Shown here: positions 48,994-58,999 of the stretch, piece after piece
How positions within the stretch are numbered: position 1 is the stretch's first letter
Layout of the letters: each line of letters begins with the position of its first letter
Assembly: GCA_045613345.1 (NCBI GenBank)
Contig: JAZLAT010000005.1
Coordinates: forward strand, 203,263 to 267,262
Length of the DNA: 64,000 nucleotides
Source of the DNA: Candidatus Enterousia sp.
GTDB taxonomy: Bacteria; Pseudomonadota; Alphaproteobacteria; Rs-D84
Direction of reading: 5' to 3'
Program-made: the position numbers and the translations under genes
Notes under the pieces: model-generated
What the model was told of the DNA's origin: nothing
Seen by the model: the letters and a program-made list of their open reading frames with translations, nothing else
Databases searched by the model: none

Positions 48994-49758
48994 ATGAACC
49001 TTAACAAACTTATTTTAACATCACTGTGCGCCATCATCACGGCGACCGCCGCATTCGCCGCCGGCGAAAACGTTGTCGCGTCAAAAAAATACACCGACGA
49101 CACGTTTCAGACGAAAATTCCGGCGGAGGTTTCAACGTTGTCGGACATAACCGGTAATGCCGGTGCATTGATTGGTGCAACCGATGCAAACGGTGTTGTA
49201 TCACAACGTTTAATAATCCCCGGATATAAAAGTGCCAGCGGAAACGGTGAATTGGGGGCCGCGATGTATGAACAAAGTGGTGACGGTACTGAGCTGTGGG
49301 GTGCTTGGGACGACTTTACTGTCGATTCATTTGCCGGAACGTTGGATGACATTTATCGTCAGTTGAATGATGCTAACGGTATGGGATATGAGCCGCAATA
49401 TTCCGTCCCCAGTATGGAATTGGCTTTGAATTGGGTGGGTGATATTGGTGATAAATTGAGTGATATTAACGGTCAATTGGTGGATATTGACGAATCAAAA
49501 CAACCAATGATTCCGGCGGGCACGGCGGGTAATGTGGTCACTTACACTGGCACCGCGGGTGTGGTTGGGTCAAATACTGTGGCATCCGCCGCAACATATA
49601 ATCAACAAACCGGTGCTTTGACCAACGGTTCGTCTATTGCCAATGTGACTTTGGTCGAAACCAAACAGAAAAAGAAAGTATGCGCCGGTTGGCCGGACTA
49701 TGTTGCCGTTGCCGACCGCACAGATGCAAATTGCTGGCTTTGGAGCCTTCCAGACTAA
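48994..49758 (+). CDS. Secreted protein, paralog B of the family at 33997
   Basis: MNLNKLILTSLCAIITATAAFAAGENVVASKKYTDDTFQTKI is nearly identical to paralog A. The C-terminus is ETKQKKKVCAGWPDYVAVADRTDANCWLWSLPD. Confidence 0.5.
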   Translation: MNLNKLILTSLCAIITATAAFAAGENVVASKKYTDDTFQTKIPAEVSTLSDITGNAGALIGATDANGVVSQRLIIPGYKSASGNGELGAAMYEQSGDGTELWGAWDDFTVDSFAGTLDDIYRQLNDANGMGYEPQYSVPSMELALNWVGDIGDKLSDINGQLVDIDESKQPMIPAGTAGNVVTYTGTAGVVGSNTVASAATYNQQTGALTNGSSIANVTLVETKQKKKVCAGWPDYVAVADRTDANCWLWSLPD

Positions 49759-49858
49759 TTGTTTTGGTAATTTGAAAAAAAGTTATCGCGCACAACAAAG
49801 TGCGCGATAATTATAAATACCATAATTGCTTTTAATGATAAATAATATTTTTGTAAAA

Positions 49859-50203
49859 TTATCTTGGCAACGGTATTCCGGCGGTTGCGTCCGCCATTAC
49901 ATCATCAATAAGCTTGTCTGCCTTTTGTTTGGCGTCACGCATCGCCGCCAAGACCGCGGATTCTATTGCCGCGGCACCTTGCGCCAAAATATCCGGATTT
50001 ATTATCACCGATATCGGGTCATATTTGCCGGTGATATCGATAATGCATGCACCCCCCGCCGCCAAGCCTTTGACATGCATGTCCGCCAATTTTTCTTGTG
50101 CGTTCGCAACTTTGGATTGCAATTCACTGGCTTGTGCCATCAAAGCTTCCATATCCATTTTTTTATCCTTTTGGTTAAAAATGTCCGGTGCATGACCGGA
50201 CAT
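49859..50203 (-). CDS. ybaB: Nucleoid-associated protein YbaB/EbfC
   Basis: MEALMAQASELQSKVANAQEKLADMHVKGLAAGGACIIDITGKYDPISVIINPDIL. Confidence 0.7.
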   Translation of the reverse strand: MSGHAPDIFNQKDKKMDMEALMAQASELQSKVANAQEKLADMHVKGLAAGGACIIDITGKYDPISVIINPDILAQGAAAIESAVLAAMRDAKQKADKLIDDVMADATAGIPLPR

Positions 50204-50211
50204 TTATTTTC

Positions 50212-52419
50212 TTATTCCGTCACCGTGGATTCGGTTTTTCCGGTTCCTTCTTCGGACGATTTTTCCTTTTTGGTTTCTTCGCCCGTCTTTTGGTCGATGT
50301 TTGCCATGCTCATACGTGTTTTACCACGTTTATCTGCACCTAAGTACTTTACAAACACGGAATCACCTTCGGATAATCCGGCATCTTCAATCTTGGCCAA
50401 ATGTTTGCCCGTGATATCAGAAATATGAACCATCGCTTCAAATCCGTTCAAAATACGCACGAACAAGCCAAAATCTTTGATACCTGTGATGACACCCGGA
50501 TATATTGCACCGACTTCGGGTTCGGCGACGATTTCTTTGATGCGTTTGATTGCAGCATTCGCAGAATCTTTATTAAACGCCAAAATCTTGACCGTTCCGT
50601 CATCTTCCAAATCAATGGTTGTGTCTGTTTCACGTGTCAAAGCCTGGATAACGACACCACCTTTACCAATCACATCGCGAATCTTGTCCGGATTAATTTT
50701 GATTGTATAAACCTGGGGTGCGTATTCAGAAACATGATCGCGCGGTTTGTCAATCGCAGATGTAATCTTGCCCAAGATATGCATACGCCCGTCTTTGGCC
50801 TGGGCCAGGGCGCGTTCCATAATTTCAAAAGTAATAGATGTGATTTTAATGTCCATCTGTAACGCGGTGATACCACGGTCGGTCCCGGTTACTTTGAAAT
50901 CCATATCGCCCAAATGATCTTCATCGCCCAAGATATCGGTCAAAATTGCGTAATCATCGCCTTCTTTGATAAGACCCATCGCAATACCCGCAACCGGACG
51001 CTTCATCGGGACACCACCGTCCATCAATGCCAAAGTTGCACCGCAAGTTGTCGCCATTGACGAAGAACCGTTCGATTCCAAAATGTCCGAACAAATGCGA
51101 ATCACATAGTCAAATTCTTTACGTGATGGCAACATCGGATGAACCGCACGCCACGCCAAATTACCATGACCAAGTTCACGACGGCCCGGCGCACGCAAGC
51201 CTTTGGCTTCGCCAACCGAAAAGCCCGGGAAATTATAGTTTAACATGAATTCGCGTTCTTCGGAACCGTCCAAAGTTTCCAACGGTAACGCATCTGTGCC
51301 GCCACCCAATGTCAAAGACACCAATGCTTGGGTTTCGCCACGTGTGAACAATGCAGAACCATGTGCGCGCGGTAACAATCCCAATTCTATCTCAATCGGA
51401 CGCACCGTTTTCGTGTCACGACCATCAATACGCGGACGTCCCGCCAAGATGTTGGAACGCATGATACGCGCAGTGATATTTTCAATGATTTCGTCTGCCG
51501 CAGATTCCAATGTTGATGTTGCAACAACTGTATCAGGGAACATTTCCGGAATCAGTGTTTTTGCCGCCGCATGAATTTCGCCTAACTTTTCCAAGCGCAC
51601 CAATTTTTCCTTGATACCCAAAGCCGATTCAATATCGCCCGCGAATTGTTCGAAACGTTTTTCCATTTCGATATATTCTGGACTTTTTTCTGGGGTTGCC
51701 CAACGTTCTTTGCCCGCAAGTTTAACCAAATCGTTGATTGCATTGATGACAACTTGTTGTGCTTCAAACCCGAATTTGACCGCGCCCAGTGTTGTTGCTT
51801 CGTCCAGTTCGCCGATTTCAGATTCAACCATCAAAACGCCGTCTTTGGTTGCGGCAACGACCAAGTCCATTTCAGAAGTTTCCACCGCTTTCTTGGACGG
51901 ATTCAAAATGTATTGTCCATCGCGATATCCCACACGCGCCGCACCAATCGGTCCATTAAATGGAACACCCGATAATGCCAACGCCGCCGAAGACGCAATC
52001 ATTGCCAAGATATCAGGCTGGTTCTTGCGGTCATACGAAAAAACTTGTGCGATAACTTGGACTTTGTTTTTGAAAGTTTCAGGAAACAACGGTCTTATTG
52101 GACGATCAATAAGGCGCGCAATCAATGTTTCGCCTAAACTTGCACGACCTTCGCGACGGTCACGTGACCCCGGAATACGCCCCGCAGACGCAAATTTTTC
52201 TTGGTAATCAACGGTCAACGGAAAGAAATCTTGACCTTCGACCGCGTTCTTTTCGGCGCACACGGTTGCCAACACCATTGTTTCGCCCATTGTCGCTAAT
52301 ACGGCACCGTTCGCCTGTTTTGCCATACGTCCTGTTTCAAGACGCAATTTTGTCCGACCATAATCAACTTCGACCACAACCGGATTATTCAGGTGCTTTA
52401 CACCATTTTCATTTGACAT
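50212..52419 (-). CDS. pnp: Polyribonucleotide nucleotidyltransferase (PNPase)
   Basis: 735 aa: two RNase PH domains, a KH domain and an S1 domain (GAIYPGVITGIKDFGLFVRILNGFEAMVHISDI). Confidence 0.9.
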   Translation of the reverse strand: MSNENGVKHLNNPVVVEVDYGRTKLRLETGRMAKQANGAVLATMGETMVLATVCAEKNAVEGQDFFPLTVDYQEKFASAGRIPGSRDRREGRASLGETLIARLIDRPIRPLFPETFKNKVQVIAQVFSYDRKNQPDILAMIASSAALALSGVPFNGPIGAARVGYRDGQYILNPSKKAVETSEMDLVVAATKDGVLMVESEIGELDEATTLGAVKFGFEAQQVVINAINDLVKLAGKERWATPEKSPEYIEMEKRFEQFAGDIESALGIKEKLVRLEKLGEIHAAAKTLIPEMFPDTVVATSTLESAADEIIENITARIMRSNILAGRPRIDGRDTKTVRPIEIELGLLPRAHGSALFTRGETQALVSLTLGGGTDALPLETLDGSEEREFMLNYNFPGFSVGEAKGLRAPGRRELGHGNLAWRAVHPMLPSRKEFDYVIRICSDILESNGSSSMATTCGATLALMDGGVPMKRPVAGIAMGLIKEGDDYAILTDILGDEDHLGDMDFKVTGTDRGITALQMDIKITSITFEIMERALAQAKDGRMHILGKITSAIDKPRDHVSEYAPQVYTIKINPDKIRDVIGKGGVVIQALTRETDTTIDLEDDGTVKILAFNKDSANAAIKRIKEIVAEPEVGAIYPGVITGIKDFGLFVRILNGFEAMVHISDITGKHLAKIEDAGLSEGDSVFVKYLGADKRGKTRMSMANIDQKTGEETKKEKSSEEGTGKTESTVTE

Positions 52420-52666
52420 AATTTTTCTCCATTTTATTGGTTAAATTTTCATTTCACCCCAGAGAAAAATCATTCGTTATTGCATTCTGGGAAATCACAA
52501 AAAATGCAAAAATGAATAATTCTTTCCCCAAGGGCAACGGTATTATACGAAATATTTATCCATTTGCAAATATTTTATACGAAACAAACTTTTTTATTGT
52601 GTGTTCGTATTTTGCCAATGTTGCAATAGATGTTATAATTTTTGCAAAAAAATCAAAGCATGGTTT

Positions 52667-52993
52667 TTAATTCAGATTCGTTAAAAACATTGGAAAGCTT
52701 GGTTCTTCTTCGTCCGAATTGTCCGAAGTATCAGTATTTTCCACCGTGGTTTCTGGTGCATGCGATTTATCATGCGGATCGCGGCTTGAATCAATCTTGC
52801 TTTGTTCTTCATTTACGATACGACCGTAATGTTCGGCGGCTTGCAAAAGGCGTTCGCGTGCTATTTCATCGGTGGCTTGGCGTGCCTGGTCTAAATATTG
52901 TTTGCGTTTCATGCGCCATTTATGACACCGCTGGATCATCATGCCAACGGCAGATTGGTTTTTTCCAGATGACTGATTTTTCTTACTTGGCAT
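52667..52993 (-). CDS. DUF4167-domain protein (conserved in alphaproteobacteria)
   Basis: RMKRKQYLDQARQATDEIARERLLQAAEHYGRI matches the DUF4167 N-terminal pattern. The tail is acidic. Confidence 0.5.
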   Translation of the reverse strand: MPSKKNQSSGKNQSAVGMMIQRCHKWRMKRKQYLDQARQATDEIARERLLQAAEHYGRIVNEEQSKIDSSRDPHDKSHAPETTVENTDTSDNSDEEEPSFPMFLTNLN

Positions 52994-53138
52994 ATCTCTA
53001 TCTTTTATTTTGGGGATAATCCGTGGGCAAATAATTTTGCTTTGCCCGTCTTAACTACAGGTTAAATGATAAAACATCTTAAAACCAATTGCAATATTTT
53101 TTTTATATTGCTATGCTTTCATTGTATATGGGGGGGAT

Positions 53139-54506
53139 GTGAAAGCAGAACGTGGTAATTTTTTATTGCAAGCACTTTTGTCTTTGACATTGGTATTCGC
53201 GTTTATACCTTTTTTTGCGCGGCGTCTGGCAACACGTGATATGGGGTCCCAGATGTATACCACAACCCGTCAAGTCGAAACGGTAAAGGCGGCGGCAAAA
53301 TCGTTTATTATTGAAAATGCTTATACATTTCCATATGGTCGTATTCGTATCACGGGTGACAAGTTCATAGACAGCCTTAGTCCATACGGATTGCCGATTG
53401 GCTTTTTGACACGGACCGCGATGGGACAAGATATAAGTTTAATTATCAATAATGATGATGGGGTTGTTTCTGCATTTGTGCGATTGAGCGGCGGAAATCT
53501 TGGGGTGATCCAGCGCGCAGAGTTGGCGCGACGCATTGGATTCTTTGCGATGTATAATCCTGATGACCCTGATGGTCATATTGATGTCGGTATCCAATTG
53601 GCAGATATGTATTCTGATGTTGTGCGAAGAAATGAAAAGGATTATGAATATTCGGGATTCTTGTCTGATTTGGATATGGGTGGCTTTCGATTTGATAATG
53701 CGGCAACAATATTGGCAGAAAATGCATCTTTTGATACCGCGGAAGTCACCACGCTTGGTATAAATGGAACAGAATCAGGCCGCAAAGAACGAAGCGGAAT
53801 TTTAAGTATTACTACAAATAAGACCGTGTTTCAAACAAGTGCAGGTGAATCCGCATTGTCTATAAGTCGCGGCGAATTAAAAGCCGATTCACTGGTCGTA
53901 AGAACGGTGTCTAAATATGGCAGCACCGGCAACATAACCGTTGGTGATGCCGCGGTTGACAGTTTTGATATGTCCACGGGGCACACCGGATTCGAAGGCC
54001 CAGAAAAATGGAATGTTGGCGGCAATATTGTCACAAGCCGAATCACTTTTAACGTTGAAAGATTAGATATAAGTTCTGTTATCAATACTACGCGCGGTCA
54101 AGATGTATATATCGATTCAGACACATTATCGTACAGCAGTGTCAGTGGTATAGATGCCGGCACAATTTATGCGTCCAATATTACATTGCGTGACCAAACT
54201 TCGGGTGGCTTAGTCCGTGGTGGCGATGGCGCGGCAGTATTGGATATAAGGCCTGCTGGGGCTTCGTTATTACCGGACGCATTGGTTGATAATATAAATA
54301 ATGGCGGTTTTACGATACTTGCACAACCCGAAAAAGACGACAGTTCAACCGTAACTTGCGAATCTGTGATTGGCGCGATTGGCGGTAAATATAATTCAAA
54401 ATCTTTGTCACAATATATAATATGCCAATATGTTTTTTGGCAAAGATTGGAACACAGAATAAATATCAAACAATGCCTTGTGGAGGGTGGCAGTGATTGC
54501 AGGTAA
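53139..54506 (+). CDS. Large TadE/pseudopilin-like protein 1, with a prepilin-type N-terminus
   Basis: The N-terminus AERG|NFLLQALLSLTLVFAFIPFF is a class-III-signal-like segment with Gln at +5. Confidence 0.45.
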   Translation: MKAERGNFLLQALLSLTLVFAFIPFFARRLATRDMGSQMYTTTRQVETVKAAAKSFIIENAYTFPYGRIRITGDKFIDSLSPYGLPIGFLTRTAMGQDISLIINNDDGVVSAFVRLSGGNLGVIQRAELARRIGFFAMYNPDDPDGHIDVGIQLADMYSDVVRRNEKDYEYSGFLSDLDMGGFRFDNAATILAENASFDTAEVTTLGINGTESGRKERSGILSITTNKTVFQTSAGESALSISRGELKADSLVVRTVSKYGSTGNITVGDAAVDSFDMSTGHTGFEGPEKWNVGGNIVTSRITFNVERLDISSVINTTRGQDVYIDSDTLSYSSVSGIDAGTIYASNITLRDQTSGGLVRGGDGAAVLDIRPAGASLLPDALVDNINNGGFTILAQPEKDDSSTVTCESVIGAIGGKYNSKSLSQYIICQYVFWQRLEHRINIKQCLVEGGSDCR

Positions 54507-54507
54507 A

Positions 54508-55698
54508 ATGAAATTTTTATCACGCGCACATAAATCCGAAATCATCGCACAACGTGGTGGTGGATTGGTTGAAATATTGCTTGCGATGGTAATTATTTCT
54601 GTTGCTGCGCCATTTACTTATTCAATGATAGCCGAATCCACGCATGCGATACACAACATGGCAATTGCGAATGATATTATCAGTTTAAAATCAGGTATAT
54701 TGAATTTTGTGCGATTAAATCAAGACCTTTGGCCGACCGAGGTTCAGATAAAAATGTCTGATGATGAATTAGCAGAGTTTTCAGATTCCATATCATCAGG
54801 TTTTATTGATAAATACACGGTTCATGGCGGGACAATTATCGATGTATATTTGGCTTTTGATTTGGATGCGACACCAAAGCGTATCGCTCAAATTGCACAA
54901 AACATTGGTGATGATGCCGCGGTTGTTGCCGACGATGGAATCGCATACAGTGATTCTTGGGCGGTAACCGCCCCAGATTTTAAGCCCGGAAATTTGATTT
55001 ATAAAATAAGTCGTGATCTTTCGGATCGTGATACTTCGCGATTCTTGCATCGTGGTGCCTCTGGGACAGACAATTTGAATACAATGGAACGTGATTTGAA
55101 TATGGGCGGATACGATGTTTATAATGTTGGAAATTTGGAAGGAAAATCTGTTCGTGTTCGCACAATTGATACCACGTTTGTGAATTCAGAAACCATAGAT
55201 GCACAAAATGTTTACTTTTCGTCTGGGGCGAATATGAATGCCGATAAAGTTAAAATCGGAACAGTTCGTGTTTCGGGTGATACAAACGGATTCAGAAATA
55301 TCGAAGCAAAAAAATTAAACGGTTCCGCATACAGCATAAATGGACGTATAATCACAGATCGCGCTACGATAAACAATTCGATAAATATTGGACGCGATTT
55401 AACATTAAAATCTTCGTCTGTGCGCACCGTCAGTGGTTTTGTGGGTTTGGCGGTCGGTTCTGTGTATACGCCATATCTTTCCGCGGGTGAAATAATGTTC
55501 TATGATAATTTTGGTTTAACTGTGTCGGGCGAATTGATGATATCTTCAAATCCACCAATAAAGTTGGGTTCGTGGAGTTTTCCATCAACAACACCGCCGT
55601 CTTTTTCGTCATTGAATCTTACGCGTGCGATGATGCCATCAATGCCAAATCCAAAAGAATTTGATAAAATTATGGGGTCTGATTGGAAAACAAAATGA
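54508..55698 (+). CDS. Large TadE/pseudopilin-like protein 2
   Basis: MKFLSRAHKSEIIAQRG|GGLVEILLAMVIISVAAPF has Glu at +5 after the putative cleavage Gly. The ATG lies 2 nt after the upstream stop (TAAAATG). The tracked ORF begins at 54478. Confidence 0.45.
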   Translation: MKFLSRAHKSEIIAQRGGGLVEILLAMVIISVAAPFTYSMIAESTHAIHNMAIANDIISLKSGILNFVRLNQDLWPTEVQIKMSDDELAEFSDSISSGFIDKYTVHGGTIIDVYLAFDLDATPKRIAQIAQNIGDDAAVVADDGIAYSDSWAVTAPDFKPGNLIYKISRDLSDRDTSRFLHRGASGTDNLNTMERDLNMGGYDVYNVGNLEGKSVRVRTIDTTFVNSETIDAQNVYFSSGANMNADKVKIGTVRVSGDTNGFRNIEAKKLNGSAYSINGRIITDRATINNSINIGRDLTLKSSSVRTVSGFVGLAVGSVYTPYLSAGEIMFYDNFGLTVSGELMISSNPPIKLGSWSFPSTTPPSFSSLNLTRAMMPSMPNPKEFDKIMGSDWKTK

Positions 55699-57008
55699 AA
55701 ACATACAAAAAAATCTTTGCGCATAATTTTGCAGAACGTGGAACGGTGCTGATTGAATTTTTATTGACTATCGCATTGGCGGGGACATTGGTACCATTTA
55801 TATACAGTTATCATACTCGTGCCGTCACACGTGCAGAAAATGTTAAAATTACGCGTCAAATGGAACGTATTCAATCAGTATTGGAAAGATACATTGTGGA
55901 AAACAAAGAACGTATGATGACAACCGTCGGTCGCAGCATAATCAAAATAGGCTTGTCTGATTTAGTTGAATATGGTTTAGATTCTGATTTTGCAAACAAT
56001 GCCTCCGATAAATACCAAGTCAGAATATTAAAATCTGTGGATGCGGGCAATCAATCTTCTTTGCAAGGCGTGATTGTTTTAAATGATTCTGAGATAACCG
56101 CGTTACGCACGCGACAAATTGTGTCTATGGGTGATGACAAGTTGGGTTTTGTCGATGGCAATCGTGCTTATGGTGGATTCGGTACGTGGCGTGCAAGTAT
56201 CGCAGATTTAGGAATTGATAGTACATCGGGTATTGTTCGTACCACAGGCATAAATCGCGACAGCGCATTGTATTTATGGCGTGTGCCTTCGTCAAATGTT
56301 GCCGATGCAACAATGATGTCTGCATTAAACCTTGGGGGGCGCGACATTAAAAACGCATCTTTTGTAAATACGGGCGGATTAAAAATAGATGAAATTTTTA
56401 ATGCAAAAAAGATTGTCACAAATGATTTAGTCTTTCAAAACAGAACCACTATTGATTCCGATTATAAAACACAAACTGCGATAGTTTCCGGGACTTTATC
56501 GGGCGATTCGAAAAATGTCAATGTGAATGGAACTTTCTTTTTGAATGATTTGGGAAAATTTTCTGCATTCACAGCAGACAATTTATGGGTAAATACTTTA
56601 AATCTAAGTGGTTTATCTGTTAAATCTGGTGGTGCGGCGGTATTACGTACGGGTGGCTTGTTGGACATGACCGAAGGTCGCATAACGGCAATGTTTGTGA
56701 CGGTCGGTTTTACTGGGTCAATAACATCGCGTTTAAATGTCAAAAATAAAATAATCGATTCAATAAATTCTGATTACTATTGGGACGTCCAATCTCGTGT
56801 TGCAAATTTATCAGATATATCATCACCAACTTTATCAGATATGGCGACACGGGCATTACGCCGTGAATCTGTGTCTGGAAGCGTTGCAACACAATTATTC
56901 AATGCGGTTGCCACAAACAAGAATGCAACTGTGGCGGATTTTATGAATACGATAAATGAAATACAAACCAAGGTTAAGGCAAAATATCATATGTTGAATT
57001 TGCAATAA
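55695..57008 (+). CDS. Large TadE/pseudopilin-like protein 3
   Basis: MKTYKKIFAHNFAERG|TVLIEFLLTIALAGTLVPF is a textbook prepilin signal with E+5. The start overlaps the upstream stop (ATGA). Confidence 0.45.
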   Translation: MKTYKKIFAHNFAERGTVLIEFLLTIALAGTLVPFIYSYHTRAVTRAENVKITRQMERIQSVLERYIVENKERMMTTVGRSIIKIGLSDLVEYGLDSDFANNASDKYQVRILKSVDAGNQSSLQGVIVLNDSEITALRTRQIVSMGDDKLGFVDGNRAYGGFGTWRASIADLGIDSTSGIVRTTGINRDSALYLWRVPSSNVADATMMSALNLGGRDIKNASFVNTGGLKIDEIFNAKKIVTNDLVFQNRTTIDSDYKTQTAIVSGTLSGDSKNVNVNGTFFLNDLGKFSAFTADNLWVNTLNLSGLSVKSGGAAVLRTGGLLDMTEGRITAMFVTVGFTGSITSRLNVKNKIIDSINSDYYWDVQSRVANLSDISSPTLSDMATRALRRESVSGSVATQLFNAVATNKNATVADFMNTINEIQTKVKAKYHMLNLQ

Positions 57009-57045
57009 TTTGTGCTATAAGAAAAATATATCAAAGGAAACAGAT

Positions 57046-57564
57046 ATGAAAATTAAATGCGATGTTTGCAAAACAGAATATTCTATGGACAATGCGCCAA
57101 ACGGTCGTGTGCGTTGCACGGTATGCGGAAATGTATGGGCCGTGCCGCGTGCGAATCGTCGAAGCGGACTTATGGTTTTTATCGCATCAATTTGCGCATT
57201 GTTGGCGGCAACAATATTTGCGGTTGTGGTTATTGTTACTTCGCGTCACGATGACCCAAATAAAAGACCGCTTATTGCAACAATAACAAGTATTGAAAAT
57301 ATAAATCAAGACGGTAAAGATGCTTTGGTGGTCAACGGCACAATAACAAATCGTTCTGACGATATATACGGGTTGCCAGATTTGGTGATAATTTTGCATG
57401 ACGCAAACGGTGCACCAATCGCCCATCAAAAATTTATGCCAACGGCAACATTGTTAGATGCAGGACAATCTGTGGGATTCAGTCATACATTAACAACTAA
57501 TGTATCGGGTGTAAAAAAAGTTTCGGTTGAATTATTGGAATCTGAAAAACAAGGGACAAAATGA
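57046..57564 (+). CDS. Zinc-ribbon (MJ0042-type) + TM + DUF3426 protein
   Basis: MKIKCDVCKTEYSMDNAPNGRVRCTVCGNVW (C-x2-C...C-x2-C), then a TM helix (LMVFIASICALLAATIFAVVVIV), then a beta-rich C-terminal domain. RBS AAAGGAAACAGAT ATG. Confidence 0.6.
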   Translation: MKIKCDVCKTEYSMDNAPNGRVRCTVCGNVWAVPRANRRSGLMVFIASICALLAATIFAVVVIVTSRHDDPNKRPLIATITSIENINQDGKDALVVNGTITNRSDDIYGLPDLVIILHDANGAPIAHQKFMPTATLLDAGQSVGFSHTLTTNVSGVKKVSVELLESEKQGTK

Positions 57565-58040
57565 TGAAAAAACTTCTTGTGTTATTCGGTTTGGTTGCTC
57601 CGTTATATGCGATTGCCACAGATACACCACAAACACCGCCGGCACCGGTGCCCGTTTCACGCGTCAGTATCTTTTCAACAACGACTGATTGGGCGGCATT
57701 GACCGGATTGCCATTGCGTCAGTTTATTGGTGATTTTTCATGGACGAATTCTGATGTTACGCGTGGTCTTGTTTTATACTATCTTGACGCATTTCCATGC
57801 TATGGCGAAGCCGACAGTGTTCGCATATGGCTTGGTCCAAATAAACAATCAACCGGAACATTACGGTTGGTGTGCGTGCATGCACCGACAGAGATAAGTT
57901 TTACTTGGCGTAACGCCACCCGTGATGCAGATCAAGCACAAAGTACGGGTATATTGAAATGTCCTGTGACCGGTGATTATGAATTAAAAATCGATATATC
58001 AAAATGCAAACGCGGTCCCGATTGGAAGGAATATAAATAA
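57561..58040 (+). CDS. Secreted protein of unknown function
   Basis: Signal peptide MMKKLLVLFGLVAPLYAIA. Four Cys. The start overlaps the upstream stop (ATGATG). Confidence 0.4.
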   Translation: MMKKLLVLFGLVAPLYAIATDTPQTPPAPVPVSRVSIFSTTTDWAALTGLPLRQFIGDFSWTNSDVTRGLVLYYLDAFPCYGEADSVRIWLGPNKQSTGTLRLVCVHAPTEISFTWRNATRDADQAQSTGILKCPVTGDYELKIDISKCKRGPDWKEYK

Positions 58041-58042
58041 CA

Positions 58043-58999
58043 ATGTCTGATACGCGTGAACTTATTGTTAAACCCGAAAGTGCCGGTGTGCGCATTGATA
58101 AATTCTTGGTTGGTGAATTACCAGAATTTTCACGCAGCGAAATTCAAAAATTCATTGTCACACGCAATAATGCTTCGGTAAAATTTTCTGATAAAGTAAA
58201 ATGTGGCGATAATATATCTGTGGAAATACCCGCACAAGAAACAGATGTTGCAACCGATAATATTTCAAACGAACTGGATTTAGAAGTGTTATACCAAGAC
58301 GATGATATAATCGTTATAAATAAACCGCGTGGCGTTGTTATGTATCCGTCTGCGGGAAACAAGACGGGAACTTTGGTTCAAAATGTTTTATCAATAACAC
58401 ATCTGTCTGGGTTGGGTGGCGCAACGCGCCCCGGGGTTGTGCATCGTTTAGATAAAGACACAAGTGGCATCGTTGTTTTTGCGAAATCTGATGCCGCGTA
58501 TCGCGGATTGGTGCATACTTTTTCTACACACAATTTAACACGGAAATATATCGCCTTTGTTTGGGGTGTGCCAAATTGGACCGGGGCAGATATAACCGGT
58601 AATATCGCGCGTTCGTCCCGCAATCGTCAAAAAATGACCATGGTTAAAACCGGGGGACGCCCCGCACACACGGTTGTTGATGTTATTGACGCATGGACTC
58701 GCGTTGGGGTTTCGGAATTTCGTTGCACTTTGATGACCGGTCGAACACATCAAATTCGTGTGCATTTATCGGCACATGGTTTTCCTGTTTTGTGTGATCC
58801 GGTATATGGTCATGGTGCGTCGCGATACGGTTCGGTCAAAGATCCCGAGTTATTAGAATTTATCAAGACGCATAATGGGCAAATGCTTCATGCGGCAGTA
58901 TTGGAATTTGCTCATCCGGTGACGGGCAAACAAATGAAATTCAAAACGGAATTGCCCGACGATATGCAAGAATTACAATGTATACTAAATGAAGCCTAG
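58043..58999 (+). CDS. rluD: 23S rRNA pseudouridine synthase, RluA family (RluD-like)
   Basis: S4 domain, then HRLDKDTSGIVVFAKSDAAYRGLVHTF...KYIAFVWG. Confidence 0.8.
   Translation: MSDTRELIVKPESAGVRIDKFLVGELPEFSRSEIQKFIVTRNNASVKFSDKVKCGDNISVEIPAQETDVATDNISNELDLEVLYQDDDIIVINKPRGVVMYPSAGNKTGTLVQNVLSITHLSGLGGATRPGVVHRLDKDTSGIVVFAKSDAAYRGLVHTFSTHNLTRKYIAFVWGVPNWTGADITGNIARSSRNRQKMTMVKTGGRPAHTVVDVIDAWTRVGVSEFRCTLMTGRTHQIRVHLSAHGFPVLCDPVYGHGASRYGSVKDPELLEFIKTHNGQMLHAAVLEFAHPVTGKQMKFKTELPDDMQELQCILNEA

Noticed and set aside
51611-52207. 198-aa ORF on the plus strand inside pnp
   Set aside because: It is antisense to PNPase, which is unambiguous.
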